This document shows, one piece after another, positions 31,159-41,186 of a stretch of DNA of 64,000 bases. The notes beneath the pieces were generated by a model. It saw only the letters and a program-made list of their open reading frames with translations. It searched no databases and was not told the DNA's origin. A program made the translations under genes and the position numbers. The stretch comes from a virus. Each line of letters begins with the position of its first letter. Position 1 is the first letter of the stretch. The DNA lies in IMG/VR virus record IMGVR_UViG_3300037507_002457, positions 4,235 through 68,234 of that record, one strand, 5' to 3'.

Positions 31159-32133
31159 ATGACAATCTTTGACGAACAAATCGCTCGTAAGCCAAATCGC
31201 TATCCCTGGGCACAAGAATATATTGATGCCATGTGGGCTGGACACTGGACTCCAAACGAGTTCACATTCACATCCGACTTACAGCAATACAAAACTGAAC
31301 TAACTCCGCAAGAGCAGGTCATTATCAAGAATGCTTTGAGTGCAATCGGACAGATAGAAATATCTGTAAAGAAATTTTGGACGAAACTTGGTGATACATT
31401 GCCACATCCAGCATTATCTGATCTTGGCATTACTATGGGCAATATTGAAGTTATTCATAACAATGCGTATGAAAAACTATTGGATGTGCTACAAATGCAG
31501 GATGTGTTTGAAGAAAACCTAAAACTTGACATTATTCAAGGTCGAGTAAAGTATCTTCGTAAATATCTTGATAAGGTATATACAGACAATCGTAAGCAGT
31601 ATATATACTCGCTGATCCTTTTCACGCTTTATGTTGAAAACGTGTCTCTATTTAGCCAGTTTTATATTATCAACTGGTTCAATCGTTATAAAGGATTATT
31701 GAAGGATACTGCCCAGCAGGTTGCATACACGGCAAAAGAAGAAACACTACACGGTCTGGCCGGTGGAAAGATTGTAAATACTATTCGCCAAGAACTACCG
31801 GAGTTGTTTGATGCTGAACTTGAAGAAAAAATTATTCACGAAGCTCAAGAATCATATAATGCTGAATGCAAACTTATTGATTGGATGATCGGTGATTATG
31901 CTGATGAAAAGATTAGTGCAGATATTCTAAAGGGATATGTACAGCGTCGTCTAAATGATTCGCTTGAGATGATTGGCTTCAGAAAAATATTTGATGTGCC
32001 GCAAAGCATTATTGAGTTGACTACTTGGATGGATGAGGATGTAATGGGTAATACTATGACTGATTTCTTCCATAAGAGACCGGTCGAATACGCAAAGAAA
32101 ACACAGTCTATACAAGCAGACGACCTATTTTAA
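31159..32133 (+). CDS. nrdB: Ribonucleotide reductase class Ia beta subunit
   Basis: HWTPNEF, EVIHNNAY, VENVSLFSQF, KEETLH, DFFHKRPVEY. Confidence 0.93.
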   Translation: MTIFDEQIARKPNRYPWAQEYIDAMWAGHWTPNEFTFTSDLQQYKTELTPQEQVIIKNALSAIGQIEISVKKFWTKLGDTLPHPALSDLGITMGNIEVIHNNAYEKLLDVLQMQDVFEENLKLDIIQGRVKYLRKYLDKVYTDNRKQYIYSLILFTLYVENVSLFSQFYIINWFNRYKGLLKDTAQQVAYTAKEETLHGLAGGKIVNTIRQELPELFDAELEEKIIHEAQESYNAECKLIDWMIGDYADEKISADILKGYVQRRLNDSLEMIGFRKIFDVPQSIIELTTWMDEDVMGNTMTDFFHKRPVEYAKKTQSIQADDLF

Positions 32134-32138
32134 TATAT

Positions 32139-33788
32139 ATGAGTAAGGACATTTATTGGCTGAACAAGGACAGCATCACATTCCTTGAAAGAGGATATTT
32201 GCCCAAAGGGCAGACCGCAGAAGAAAGAATCCACGAGATTTCCAAGGCTGCGGAAAAGATCCTAAAAAAGAAAGGATTCGCTGAAAAGTTTGAGTCCTAT
32301 ATGCACAAAGGATGGTATTCATTGTCATCTCCTGTTTGGGCAAACTTTGGTAATGGACGCGGACTATCTATTTCTTGTAATGGTTCATATGTGTCTGACA
32401 CTATGAATGCTATTCTTGAAAAGACTGCTGAAGTTGGTATGCTTACAAAGTATGGTGCCGGTACTTCTGGTTATTTTGGTGATCTTCGTAGCAGAGGTAC
32501 GCCTATTAGCGTAGGCGGCACAAGTTCTGGTCCTGTCCATTTTATGGAAATGTTTGATGCGGTTACTCGCGTAGTATCGCAGTCAAATGTACGCCGTGGC
32601 AGTTTTGCGGCATATCTTCCAATTGAACATCCAGATATTATGGAGTTCCTTGGTATTCGTGAAGAAGGGCACGCTATTCAAGACTTGAGCATTGGTGTTT
32701 GCGTTAGCAATAAGTTCATGAAGAAGATGATTGAAGGCGATAAGGACGCTCGTGCTGTTTGGGCGAAAGTGCTCAAAAAGCGGTTTGAGTCTGGCTATCC
32801 TTACATTTTCTTCAGTGATAATGTAAATGATAATGCCCCAGAAGTATATAAGGACAAGAAGATGAAGATTCACGCTTCTAATCTATGTTCTGAAATCTGC
32901 CTGAGTTCTTCTGCTGAAGAAACATTCGTGTGCAATCTATCTTCTATGAATCTACTTCATTATGAGGATTGGAAGAGCACGGACGCTGTAGAAACAATGA
33001 CATACTTCCTTGATGCGGTTATGGAAGATTATATTCAGGCAACTGAAAATATTCCTTTTCTAAAGGCTGCTCATACCTTCGCCAAGAATCAGCGAGCACT
33101 TGGTATTGGTGTGCTTGGATGGCATTCATTCCTACAAAGCAAAATGATTCCGTTTGAGAGCTTGGAAGCCAAACTTCTGAATACTCAAATCCATAAGGTC
33201 ATTCGTGACAAGAGTTATGCTGCCAGTAAGGAAATGGCCAAGGAATATGGTGAGCCACCGCTACTAAAGGGATATGGTCGTCGTAATGTTACTACAATGG
33301 CGATTGCTCCTACTACAAGCAGTTCATTCATCCTTGGTCAAGTTTCGCCAAGTATCGAGCCGCTGAATAGCAATTATTATACAAAGGACTTGGCTAAAGG
33401 TAAGTTCACTTATCGCAACCCATATCTTGAAGCAGTACTTGAAAAGCACGGCAAGAATAATGCAGATACTTGGAAGAGCATTCTTCTCAAGGGTGGCAGT
33501 GTTCAACACCTTGAGTTCCTGTCAGAACACGAAAAGGATGTATTCAAGACGTTTGGTGAGATTAGTCAGAAGGAAGTCATTATTCAGGCTGCTGCACGCC
33601 AAAAGTATATTGATCAAGGTCAATCTCTCAATCTAATGATTCATCCCAAGACTCCAGTCAAAGATGTAAATCAATTGGTTATATTCGCTTGGGAACAGGG
33701 TATAAAGTGCCTTTATTATCAACGAGGCACAAATCCTGCCCAAGAACTGGGTAGAAGCATCCTAGAATGCAAGAGTTGCGAAGCATAA
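32139..33788 (+). CDS. nrdA: Ribonucleotide reductase class Ia alpha subunit (short, no ATP cone)
   Basis: RRGSFAAYL, SNLCSEI, FVCNLSS, AIAPTTSSS, IDQGQSLN, KCLYY, C-terminal CKSCEA. Confidence 0.95.
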   Translation: MSKDIYWLNKDSITFLERGYLPKGQTAEERIHEISKAAEKILKKKGFAEKFESYMHKGWYSLSSPVWANFGNGRGLSISCNGSYVSDTMNAILEKTAEVGMLTKYGAGTSGYFGDLRSRGTPISVGGTSSGPVHFMEMFDAVTRVVSQSNVRRGSFAAYLPIEHPDIMEFLGIREEGHAIQDLSIGVCVSNKFMKKMIEGDKDARAVWAKVLKKRFESGYPYIFFSDNVNDNAPEVYKDKKMKIHASNLCSEICLSSSAEETFVCNLSSMNLLHYEDWKSTDAVETMTYFLDAVMEDYIQATENIPFLKAAHTFAKNQRALGIGVLGWHSFLQSKMIPFESLEAKLLNTQIHKVIRDKSYAASKEMAKEYGEPPLLKGYGRRNVTTMAIAPTTSSSFILGQVSPSIEPLNSNYYTKDLAKGKFTYRNPYLEAVLEKHGKNNADTWKSILLKGGSVQHLEFLSEHEKDVFKTFGEISQKEVIIQAAARQKYIDQGQSLNLMIHPKTPVKDVNQLVIFAWEQGIKCLYYQRGTNPAQELGRSILECKSCEA

Positions 33789-33806
33789 TACTATAAAAAC
33801 ACACAT

Positions 33807-33832
33807 AACCGCCAATAATACGGCGGTTTTTT
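33807..33832 (+). terminator. Rho-independent terminator
   Basis: AACCGCC-loop-GGCGGTT followed by a T run. Confidence 0.8.
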
Positions 33833-33873
33833 GTTATATAATAATATTTATATACTAAACCATATATACATTT

Positions 33874-34581
33874 ATGAATCGTGAACTTCTAAAAAAAGCC
33901 ATCAAAAAGTTAGTATTGCAAGAAATCACCAACAATCAGTTTGGTACACCTATTCAATCAGATAAGAAGGATTTGACTGGCGAAGAAGCACTAACCAAGG
34001 CAATGGGCAAGGACGCCAACGTAATGAAAATCCGTGGCACAGGAAAAACCGCAGGAATGAAAGGCAACCAAGAAGTTCAACTAAGCAAAAACTGCGATCA
34101 TTGCTATGACGTTGTGTCTATTACAAATGAATCTGAAAGAAAGATTGCTCGTGGTATTTCTCTTGAAGCAGCAATGGAACTTGTAAAACAACATGCTGAA
34201 AGTTCAGATAAGACATATGTCCAAAAAGCATATGATAAGAGTCTAAAAGGATTTGGTAAGAAGCCATCCGAAAAAGAAGAAGCCAATGAAGCCGACAAGA
34301 TGGATGATGCCGATGAAGAAACTCAAGTTGAAATAGCAGATGATACTACGGTAAAGGCGGAAGAGAAAGTAGATAAAGAAAATGCTCCTATCAACAAAGA
34401 CGTTGCTCCAGCCCTCGGCGGAAGCATCGTTGACAAGATTGAAAAGATTGTAGATAAGGTATTGAAAGATAAAGCAGACGCCAAATCCGCATATCTAAAA
34501 CACGATAAAAGCACAGAAAGCCCAGACAAGCTATCTGTAAAACTAAAAGACACTCCTGCTCTAAAAGAAAAGAAAGCATAA
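33874..34581 (+). CDS. Hypothetical protein with MNRELLKKAIKKLVLQE leader
   Basis: TATTTATA upstream. Highly charged. Confidence 0.75.
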   Translation: MNRELLKKAIKKLVLQEITNNQFGTPIQSDKKDLTGEEALTKAMGKDANVMKIRGTGKTAGMKGNQEVQLSKNCDHCYDVVSITNESERKIARGISLEAAMELVKQHAESSDKTYVQKAYDKSLKGFGKKPSEKEEANEADKMDDADEETQVEIADDTTVKAEEKVDKENAPINKDVAPALGGSIVDKIEKIVDKVLKDKADAKSAYLKHDKSTESPDKLSVKLKDTPALKEKKA

Positions 34582-34582
34582 T

Positions 34583-35014
34583 ATGAAACAAAAAAGCATA
34601 ATCAACGACACATTTGAAAAGCACAAAAAATTGGTGCTTGAGCATTTGAACGAAAAACGCAGAGTTCCTGCAAGCGTAGATACAACATTTGATACGATGG
34701 TAGACATAGATCCAAAGAAACTAGGAAAAAATTTACCTGAACAAATAGAAGTCAATGTTGAAGTATACGCCGAAGGAGAATATGCCGATGCGAGCTTTGA
34801 CCATGAATTTGGAACACATGATCCGGGAAGTGGATACGAAATAACTAAGGTTATAGTAACTGCAAAAGAAGATACATATGTGTTTGATGCAGAAGGAAAT
34901 CAAACAAGCGAGATATTATTTAATGCTGGAGACACTATAGATCAAAAATCCATAGTATCTAACATAGACGACGAGATTTATGAAAAGCTCGCTGGCGCTG
35001 GAAGCGATTATTGA
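34583..35014 (+). CDS. Hypothetical acidic protein with TFEKHKKLVLE leader
   Basis: Leader matches that of the ORF at 53521. Confidence 0.75.
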   Translation: MKQKSIINDTFEKHKKLVLEHLNEKRRVPASVDTTFDTMVDIDPKKLGKNLPEQIEVNVEVYAEGEYADASFDHEFGTHDPGSGYEITKVIVTAKEDTYVFDAEGNQTSEILFNAGDTIDQKSIVSNIDDEIYEKLAGAGSDY

Positions 35015-35041
35015 TAAGTCTTAATAATCAACAACTTAAAG

Positions 35042-35068
35042 ACCCCACACAAAAATGTGGGGTTTTTT
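35042..35068 (+). terminator. Rho-independent terminator
   Basis: ACCCCACA-loop-TGTGGGGT followed by a T run. Confidence 0.8.
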
Positions 35069-35069
35069 A

Positions 35070-35098
35070 TTGACTTCATATAAAAAGTGTACCATAGT
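35070..35098 (+). promoter_or_regulatory. Sigma70-like promoter
   Basis: TTGACT-17 nt-CATAGT, with the ATG at 35107. Confidence 0.55.
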
Positions 35099-35106
35099 AC
35101 ATACAT

Positions 35107-35406
35107 ATGAATAAGACCAAAAAGAATATGCCCACCGACACCAAGACGTTTATCGACCAGTCTGCTGACATCAAGCCCAGCAAGCTATATATGAAGGATA
35201 TCAAGTGGAAGTATCTTGTTCGCAGTGCTCTGCGTGGCAAGAATATTCTTATTGTTGGTCCAACAGGACATGGGAAAACCTTCGCGGTCCAATGCTTGGT
35301 TGAAGCCCTTTCTGAAACTATTGAAGAAGAGGTTACGGAAGAACGCCTTAACGAACTCAAGGCTACAGAAAATATCACTATTATAAAAACAGAAGAACTA
35401 AAATAA
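35107..35406 (+). CDS. MoxR/CbbQ-like AAA+ ATPase, N-terminal fragment
   Basis: KNILIVGPTGHGKT Walker A, then a stop after an acidic tail. Confidence 0.85.
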   Translation: MNKTKKNMPTDTKTFIDQSADIKPSKLYMKDIKWKYLVRSALRGKNILIVGPTGHGKTFAVQCLVEALSETIEEEVTEERLNELKATENITIIKTEELK

Positions 35407-35445
35407 TGGCGTGGAATATTCTACTGACTTATATTTATATATGTC

Positions 35446-36051
35446 ATGATAATATACAAAACTACTAATATTCTTAATGGAAACTATTACATCGGAAAAG
35501 ACAGCAGAAACAACCCACATTATTACGGGTCTGGACTTGCTCTTAAATCCGCGATAAAAAAATACGGCAAAAATAACTTCGTAAAAGAAACTCTGGAAGT
35601 TGTGGTGGGTAAAGATTTATCAAACCTATTGGAACGAGAGATATACTGGATTGATAAATACAATGCGATAAATGACCAAAACTCATACAATTTACAAAGA
35701 AACAGTGGTTTACGACCAAAGATAGTCACCAAAGAAGAAACACGAAAAAAAATAAGCCGAGCAGTTAAGCGAGCATTTAAAAACGAAGAATATAGAAAAA
35801 AAATAACAGAACACAATCAAGGAGAGTCAAATCCAATGTTCGGAAAATCTCAATCCGAATATCAAAAAAAACGAGCAAGTGAAGCAAATAAAGGAAAAGT
35901 TTATTCAAAAAAGACAAGACAAAAAATTAGTGATGCAAGAAAAGGAAAATCATTCTTGACAAAAGAAGGTAAAAAAAATATTGCAGAAGCAACAAAAAAA
36001 AGATGGGAAATATATCGTCGTGAAAAACAAAACATACAAAGTAACTTATAA
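35446..36051 (+). mobile_element. GIY-YIG homing endonuclease with NUMOD3-like repeats, inserted inside the AAA+ gene
   Basis: MIIYKTTNILNGNYYIGK..YYGSG..EREIYWI..YNL, NPMFGK, YSKKTRQKISDARKGK. Has its own TATTTATA motif at about 35432. Confidence 0.9.
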
Positions 36052-36787
36052 GAAACATCGGCCATTTATGGCCATTAACCTTGGGAGTACGCAAGATGCC
36101 CGAGCTACGCTAATTGGAAATACTCAATTCTCCAAAGAAACTGGGACATTCTTCCAAGAATCTCCATTTGTGAAGGCCATCTCTACACCGAATTCAATTA
36201 TTCTACTCGACGAGTTGAGCAGAGCCCATCCCGACGCTATGAATATTTTAATGCCAGTGCTCGACAATCAAAAGTATTTGCGACTGGACGAATCGGGTGG
36301 AAAAGTTGTGAGAGTTGCTGATGGGGTATGTTTTATCGCAACCACCAACATTGGCAACGAATATACCGCTACCCGCGTGATGGACAAGGCTTTACTTGAT
36401 CGTTTCACCGTCAAGATTGAGGTTGATATTCTTTCGCAGAATACAGAGATGGAACTCATCAAGACCCACTGCCCCGATGCCAATATGAACACCATGCTGG
36501 CGGTTACGGAAATTGCTGCTGCTACCCGCGAGTTTGCTTCTCAGGGCAAGTTGAGTAAGTTCATTTCTACTCGTAGCGTCAAGGAAATGGCCGAACTTAC
36601 CGTCGATGGATTCAACCTCACAGAACTTGCTGATATGGTTATTTATCCCGATTATCCGGATGATGGTGGACTTGATTCCGAACGTACTCTGGTAAAGCAG
36701 GTTGTGCAAAAGTATATCAGCACCGAGACCAACAACAATCTTTATACCGCTACCGCCAATACTCCTGACGGCAGCACCCCCTTCTAA
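36020..36787 (+). CDS. MoxR/CbbQ-like AAA+ ATPase, C-terminal fragment
   Basis: RPFMAINLGSTQDARATLIG, Walker B IILLDELSRA, FIATTNIG, DKALLDRF, ISTR. The GTG start at 36020 is inferred. Confidence 0.8.
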   Translation: MKNKTYKVTYKKHRPFMAINLGSTQDARATLIGNTQFSKETGTFFQESPFVKAISTPNSIILLDELSRAHPDAMNILMPVLDNQKYLRLDESGGKVVRVADGVCFIATTNIGNEYTATRVMDKALLDRFTVKIEVDILSQNTEMELIKTHCPDANMNTMLAVTEIAAATREFASQGKLSKFISTRSVKEMAELTVDGFNLTELADMVIYPDYPDDGGLDSERTLVKQVVQKYISTETNNNLYTATANTPDGSTPF

Positions 36788-36789
36788 TA

Positions 36790-38853
36790 ATGAAAAAGAA
36801 ATACGCAGAGTATTCCAAGTTCTGGCTTGGTGAGGACTTTTCTAAAGAAAAGTTGGATGTAGATACTACATACGGACTTATCAAGTTGTCTGAGTACCGC
36901 CGTGCGGTCAGTAATTTTGTGTATATTCTTACCGGCAAGAACATTCCTGTTCGTTTTGCAGAAAAGAGTACGTCAATGACTGATGGCAAGGTTGTGTATA
37001 TTGGAGGCGAAATCTCCAAGGGTGAGTTTGATCCTACCGTTGGTATTGCTCTACACGAAGCCGCTCACATCGTAAAGTCTGACTTTTCTCTTATCAAGAC
37101 GCTGTGGGGCAAGGTTCCCAATAATCTTGTCAAATCCGCCAACGGTTTGATGAACCACAACGATATTGGCGAACTTTGTAAGTATATTCTCAACGTCGTT
37201 GAAGATAGATACATTGATGCTTGGGCATATCAGATTGCTCCTGGCTATCGTGGTTATTATCACGCCTTGTATGATAGATATTTCAATCTTCCTGAGATTG
37301 GTCAGGCTATTCAGTCTGACAACTATCGTACTCCTACTCTTAGCAATTATAAGTTTCATTTTACAAACCTTGTAAATAAGAACTACGATCCAGATGCTTT
37401 GCCTGGTCTTCGCAAGATTACGGAGATGCTGGATGTTAAGAACATTCTTAGAAATGAACTTTCTACTGCTGTGAGCAGGCGAGATCTTTCTATGGAGATC
37501 GTCGAAGAGATTATCAAGAATGTGATTGATGGTCACAATAACTCCAATTCTTCTCAAAAGAATAGCACCAAGTCAGAAGACGGTGATGATTCTTCTTCTG
37601 ATTTCCTTGGCGGAACCGAGGATTCGGTGGATAGTATTCCAGATTCCGATGATTCGGGGGACGGCGATGACGCTAATGGCGAAGACGACTCGGATGATGC
37701 CGACAATACTGGCGATGGAGACAAAGAGGATACGGATAATGAAAAGTCCGATAAGCCTGCCAAGGCAGAGAAAAAAGTTTTGACCGATAAGAAGATGGCT
37801 GCTATTGAAAAAATTATCAAGAAGCAAGAGTCTTTTATCAACAGAACCGCTGCTGTGTCTCCTTTCAAGAGCAAGGTTATCAGTAAGTTGAATACACTTG
37901 AAAAGAGTGGCGTCAATATCGAAGTCGTTGGCGGAGAAGATGGTATTCCTCCCGTTGAGTGTATCGTTGTTACTAATCTTACAAAGGAACTTATGAACTC
38001 CAACGAGTTTCCGTATACCAACGGCTATACGTCCTTACAAGAAAATATGATGGGGACTCGCGGAGTGCGTAGTGGAATTGCTATTGGTACAATGCTTGGT
38101 CGCCGCCTACAAATCCGAAACGAAGTCAAGACTACAAAGTTTACCCGACAGGATAGTGGTAGAATTGACAAGCGACTGATTGCTTCTATTGGCTATCAGA
38201 ACGAAAACCTGTTCTATCAGACCAGCGTAGATAAGTACAAGAATGTTCATCTACATATTTCTGTTGATGCCTCTAGTTCAATGAGCAGCAAGTGGGAAAA
38301 CACAATCTCTACCCTCGTCGCTATTGCCAAGGCTGCTAGTATGATCAACAACGTCTCTGTATCTATTTCTTTTAGAAGTGGAGTCAGACTAAGCACCAGA
38401 CAAAGTGAACTTCCTTATGTGGTAATCGCATATGATTCCAGAAAAGACAATTTTACCAAGATCACCAGCCTATTCCCGCTTCTTTTTCCTTCGGGTTCTA
38501 CTCCAGAAGGTCTGGCGTTTCAGGCTATTCTGGAGCATATTCCGCAATCTACATATGAATCTGACTCGTACTTTGTGAATATTTCCGACGGTGAGCCTGC
38601 GTTCAATATTGGCAATATTGTTTATGTTGATACAATTGCATCCAACCATACACGCAAGCAAGTTCGCAAGATGATGGAGAAGGGCACAGAAGTAATCAGT
38701 TATTATGTTGAAGCGGATAAATATAATACGGATAATAATGTAAAGAATTTCAAGAGCATGTACGGCAAAGATTCGCATTTCATTGATGTAAAGAATGTTG
38801 TGCAGATTGCTCATACGCTCAACAAGAAGTTTTTGTCTAAAGCAACTGCCTAA
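36790..38853 (+). CDS. vWA-domain protein with N-terminal HExxH metallopeptidase-like domain (CobT-like MoxR partner)
   Basis: TDGK, LHEAAH, NVVEDRYID, acidic D/S linker, GRID, MIDAS VDASSSM, TPEG, NISDGEP. Confidence 0.85.
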   Translation: MKKKYAEYSKFWLGEDFSKEKLDVDTTYGLIKLSEYRRAVSNFVYILTGKNIPVRFAEKSTSMTDGKVVYIGGEISKGEFDPTVGIALHEAAHIVKSDFSLIKTLWGKVPNNLVKSANGLMNHNDIGELCKYILNVVEDRYIDAWAYQIAPGYRGYYHALYDRYFNLPEIGQAIQSDNYRTPTLSNYKFHFTNLVNKNYDPDALPGLRKITEMLDVKNILRNELSTAVSRRDLSMEIVEEIIKNVIDGHNNSNSSQKNSTKSEDGDDSSSDFLGGTEDSVDSIPDSDDSGDGDDANGEDDSDDADNTGDGDKEDTDNEKSDKPAKAEKKVLTDKKMAAIEKIIKKQESFINRTAAVSPFKSKVISKLNTLEKSGVNIEVVGGEDGIPPVECIVVTNLTKELMNSNEFPYTNGYTSLQENMMGTRGVRSGIAIGTMLGRRLQIRNEVKTTKFTRQDSGRIDKRLIASIGYQNENLFYQTSVDKYKNVHLHISVDASSSMSSKWENTISTLVAIAKAASMINNVSVSISFRSGVRLSTRQSELPYVVIAYDSRKDNFTKITSLFPLLFPSGSTPEGLAFQAILEHIPQSTYESDSYFVNISDGEPAFNIGNIVYVDTIASNHTRKQVRKMMEKGTEVISYYVEADKYNTDNNVKNFKSMYGKDSHFIDVKNVVQIAHTLNKKFLSKATA

Positions 38854-38922
38854 TGTTATAATAAAAAGTATTTGACTTTATATATTATGTCTCCATAATA
38901 GGTACATAATTAAGCAATACCT

Positions 38923-41127
38923 ATGATTATCAACGAAGCCGTATCTTCTCCTGTTCTTAGCAATGTTCTTGCTGCGCCCAGCCGCTTCAAGATCAAGGCT
39001 AGTGCCAAGGCGTTCAAGATCCTCTCTGGATTCTATAGCGAGCCTATTCTTGCTATTCCGCGTGAACTTGGTGCTAATGCTTGGGATAGCCACGTAAAGG
39101 CTAGTAATACAAACAAGATGTTTGAGGTTCATGCTCCTAACACGCTGGAGCCTTGGTTTGCTATTCGTGATTATGGCACGGGGCTTAGTGCGGATGATAT
39201 TGACTCTATCTATACTACCTACTTTGAGTCCACCAAGACTGGTGATAATGACAGCGATGGTTGCATGGGACTGGGCAGCAAGACTCCCTTCAACTATACC
39301 GACAACTTCAATGTTGTTTCTTGGCATAAGGGCAAGAAGCATGTATATAACTGCTTTATTGATGAAACTGGCTCGCCCAACATCATGCACATTTCTACTC
39401 AAGACAGCAATGAGCATAGCGGTCTTGAAGTCAAGTTCTCTGTAAAGATTGCCGACATCAATATGTGGCACACCAATATTCAGCGTGCATATAGCGTCTT
39501 TCGCTATCGCCCTGTTATTGTTGGTGCTAATATCCAGTATACTGAGCACCAGTATATTATCCGTAATAACCATTGGGCACTTAGAAAGGTTGATCGCGGT
39601 TATAGTTACGGAAATCCGTGTAATGCTTATATGGGTAACTATTCTTACCCCATCAGTGCAGATGTCATCACCCGAGCCGCTTCTAATAGTAATTTGATTT
39701 CGTCTGCTGTTGCAAGGCGTATGCTCGACACTGGTGCTATTGATTTGTATTTTGATATTGGCGAACTGGAAGTTGCTCCTAACAAGGAACAACTTCAGTA
39801 TGATGACACTAATAGCAAGACCGCTAATGCTATTCTGCACGCACTTCGTCGTATGTTTGTCGAAATGTCTGAGTATGTAAAAAAGAACATGGAAGTCCCC
39901 GTTTCTTTGTGGGATGCTATGTGTGTTTATAACAAGTACAATTCGCACACCAGCGAGCACAAAGTTTTGACCAATATTCTTGGCGACATTCAAGTTTCTT
40001 ATAACGGAAGTTCTGTAAATTCTAGCAACGATAATGCTCGCAGAATTATCAACAATACTTTCAAGAACGACGATGCATCCAAAAATTTTAAGACGTATAG
40101 TGTAAATTATACAAAGTCGGCTATTTGGAAGGTTGTTAGCGATGCGAATACAATCGCATTGTCTGATAGGAAGCTGTATGTGTTTCATACCGCAAAGAAT
40201 GTATTCAACAAGTTAAAGGTCTTGGATTATCTCAACAAGCTTGATGATGCTATCAAGAAGAACTGCACGGTGCTTGCTATTATTGATAACACTGCTGGCA
40301 AGAAGGTATATTCTACTTTGGTCAATTATTTTGGCTGGGACAAGACGCCATATGCAACGTTGATCGATATTGATGCTATGCCGCGTGTTGTTGCTGCTCG
40401 CAAGGCCATTACAACTGCCCGCACCGATGAAGTTCATATTGCCAACATTTCTCGCGCCTCTAAGACAAACAGAGTGAATGTTTCTTGGAGCCGCACCGCA
40501 CATGATTTTGATCTCAACAATACTTACTATTATTTCAATTTTCATTACAATACTCCCAGCATTGTAAATAATGGTGGTGAGCCGCAGGACATTTCTATAC
40601 ACGTTGATGAACTTGTAGATATTCTAATCCATAACAATGTGAATCTGGGAACGCATATCTATGGCATCAATGTAAAGAATAAGCATATGCTTTCTGTTGG
40701 TAAGTGGATCAATATCGTTGATGCCGCCAAGAGTGTTGTGGCCAATGATATTGCTACATACGAGCATAAACTTTACTTGAATGGAGAGATGGAAAACTAT
40801 CAAGTGCTTCAGAATCTACACGCAAAGTTGTCTTCACATCCATCAATCATTCAGAATATTAAGAATGAAAATACTCGTGATATGCTTATGACGTTTGTTC
40901 GTACATACACCAATCTTCATAAGGTGTATAATACATCTCCGACTGCATCATTTCTTCATTTCCTTGGCGTCAAGAAAAAGCAGCACGCTGCTATGCCAAT
41001 GAATCTTGAAGAGTTCAAGACTGTCATCAATGACAAGTACTTCAATATCCTTGATGCTATTCCTGCTTATTCTAATCAAATCGCGACTTTATATAACATC
41101 ATCAACTTTATTGATGAGAAGTCATAA
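38923..41127 (+). CDS. rIIA: RIIA-like protein (GHKL/HATPase N-terminus)
   Basis: RELGANAWDSH, IRDYGTGLS, YFESTK, GCMGLGSKTPFNYTD. Followed by an rIIB-like gene. Confidence 0.85.
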   Translation: MIINEAVSSPVLSNVLAAPSRFKIKASAKAFKILSGFYSEPILAIPRELGANAWDSHVKASNTNKMFEVHAPNTLEPWFAIRDYGTGLSADDIDSIYTTYFESTKTGDNDSDGCMGLGSKTPFNYTDNFNVVSWHKGKKHVYNCFIDETGSPNIMHISTQDSNEHSGLEVKFSVKIADINMWHTNIQRAYSVFRYRPVIVGANIQYTEHQYIIRNNHWALRKVDRGYSYGNPCNAYMGNYSYPISADVITRAASNSNLISSAVARRMLDTGAIDLYFDIGELEVAPNKEQLQYDDTNSKTANAILHALRRMFVEMSEYVKKNMEVPVSLWDAMCVYNKYNSHTSEHKVLTNILGDIQVSYNGSSVNSSNDNARRIINNTFKNDDASKNFKTYSVNYTKSAIWKVVSDANTIALSDRKLYVFHTAKNVFNKLKVLDYLNKLDDAIKKNCTVLAIIDNTAGKKVYSTLVNYFGWDKTPYATLIDIDAMPRVVAARKAITTARTDEVHIANISRASKTNRVNVSWSRTAHDFDLNNTYYYFNFHYNTPSIVNNGGEPQDISIHVDELVDILIHNNVNLGTHIYGINVKNKHMLSVGKWINIVDAAKSVVANDIATYEHKLYLNGEMENYQVLQNLHAKLSSHPSIIQNIKNENTRDMLMTFVRTYTNLHKVYNTSPTASFLHFLGVKKKQHAAMPMNLEEFKTVINDKYFNILDAIPAYSNQIATLYNIINFIDEKS

Positions 41128-41186
41128 TATCTATTGACAAAATAATAAAATCCACATAATATAATATCCGTTAAATAAAAACTATC

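Noticed and set aside
35400-36060. Group I intron or intein in the AAA+ gene
   Set aside because: Almost no non-coding sequence for a ribozyme core, an in-frame stop ends the N part, and there is no intein C-terminal HN-C/S/T motif.
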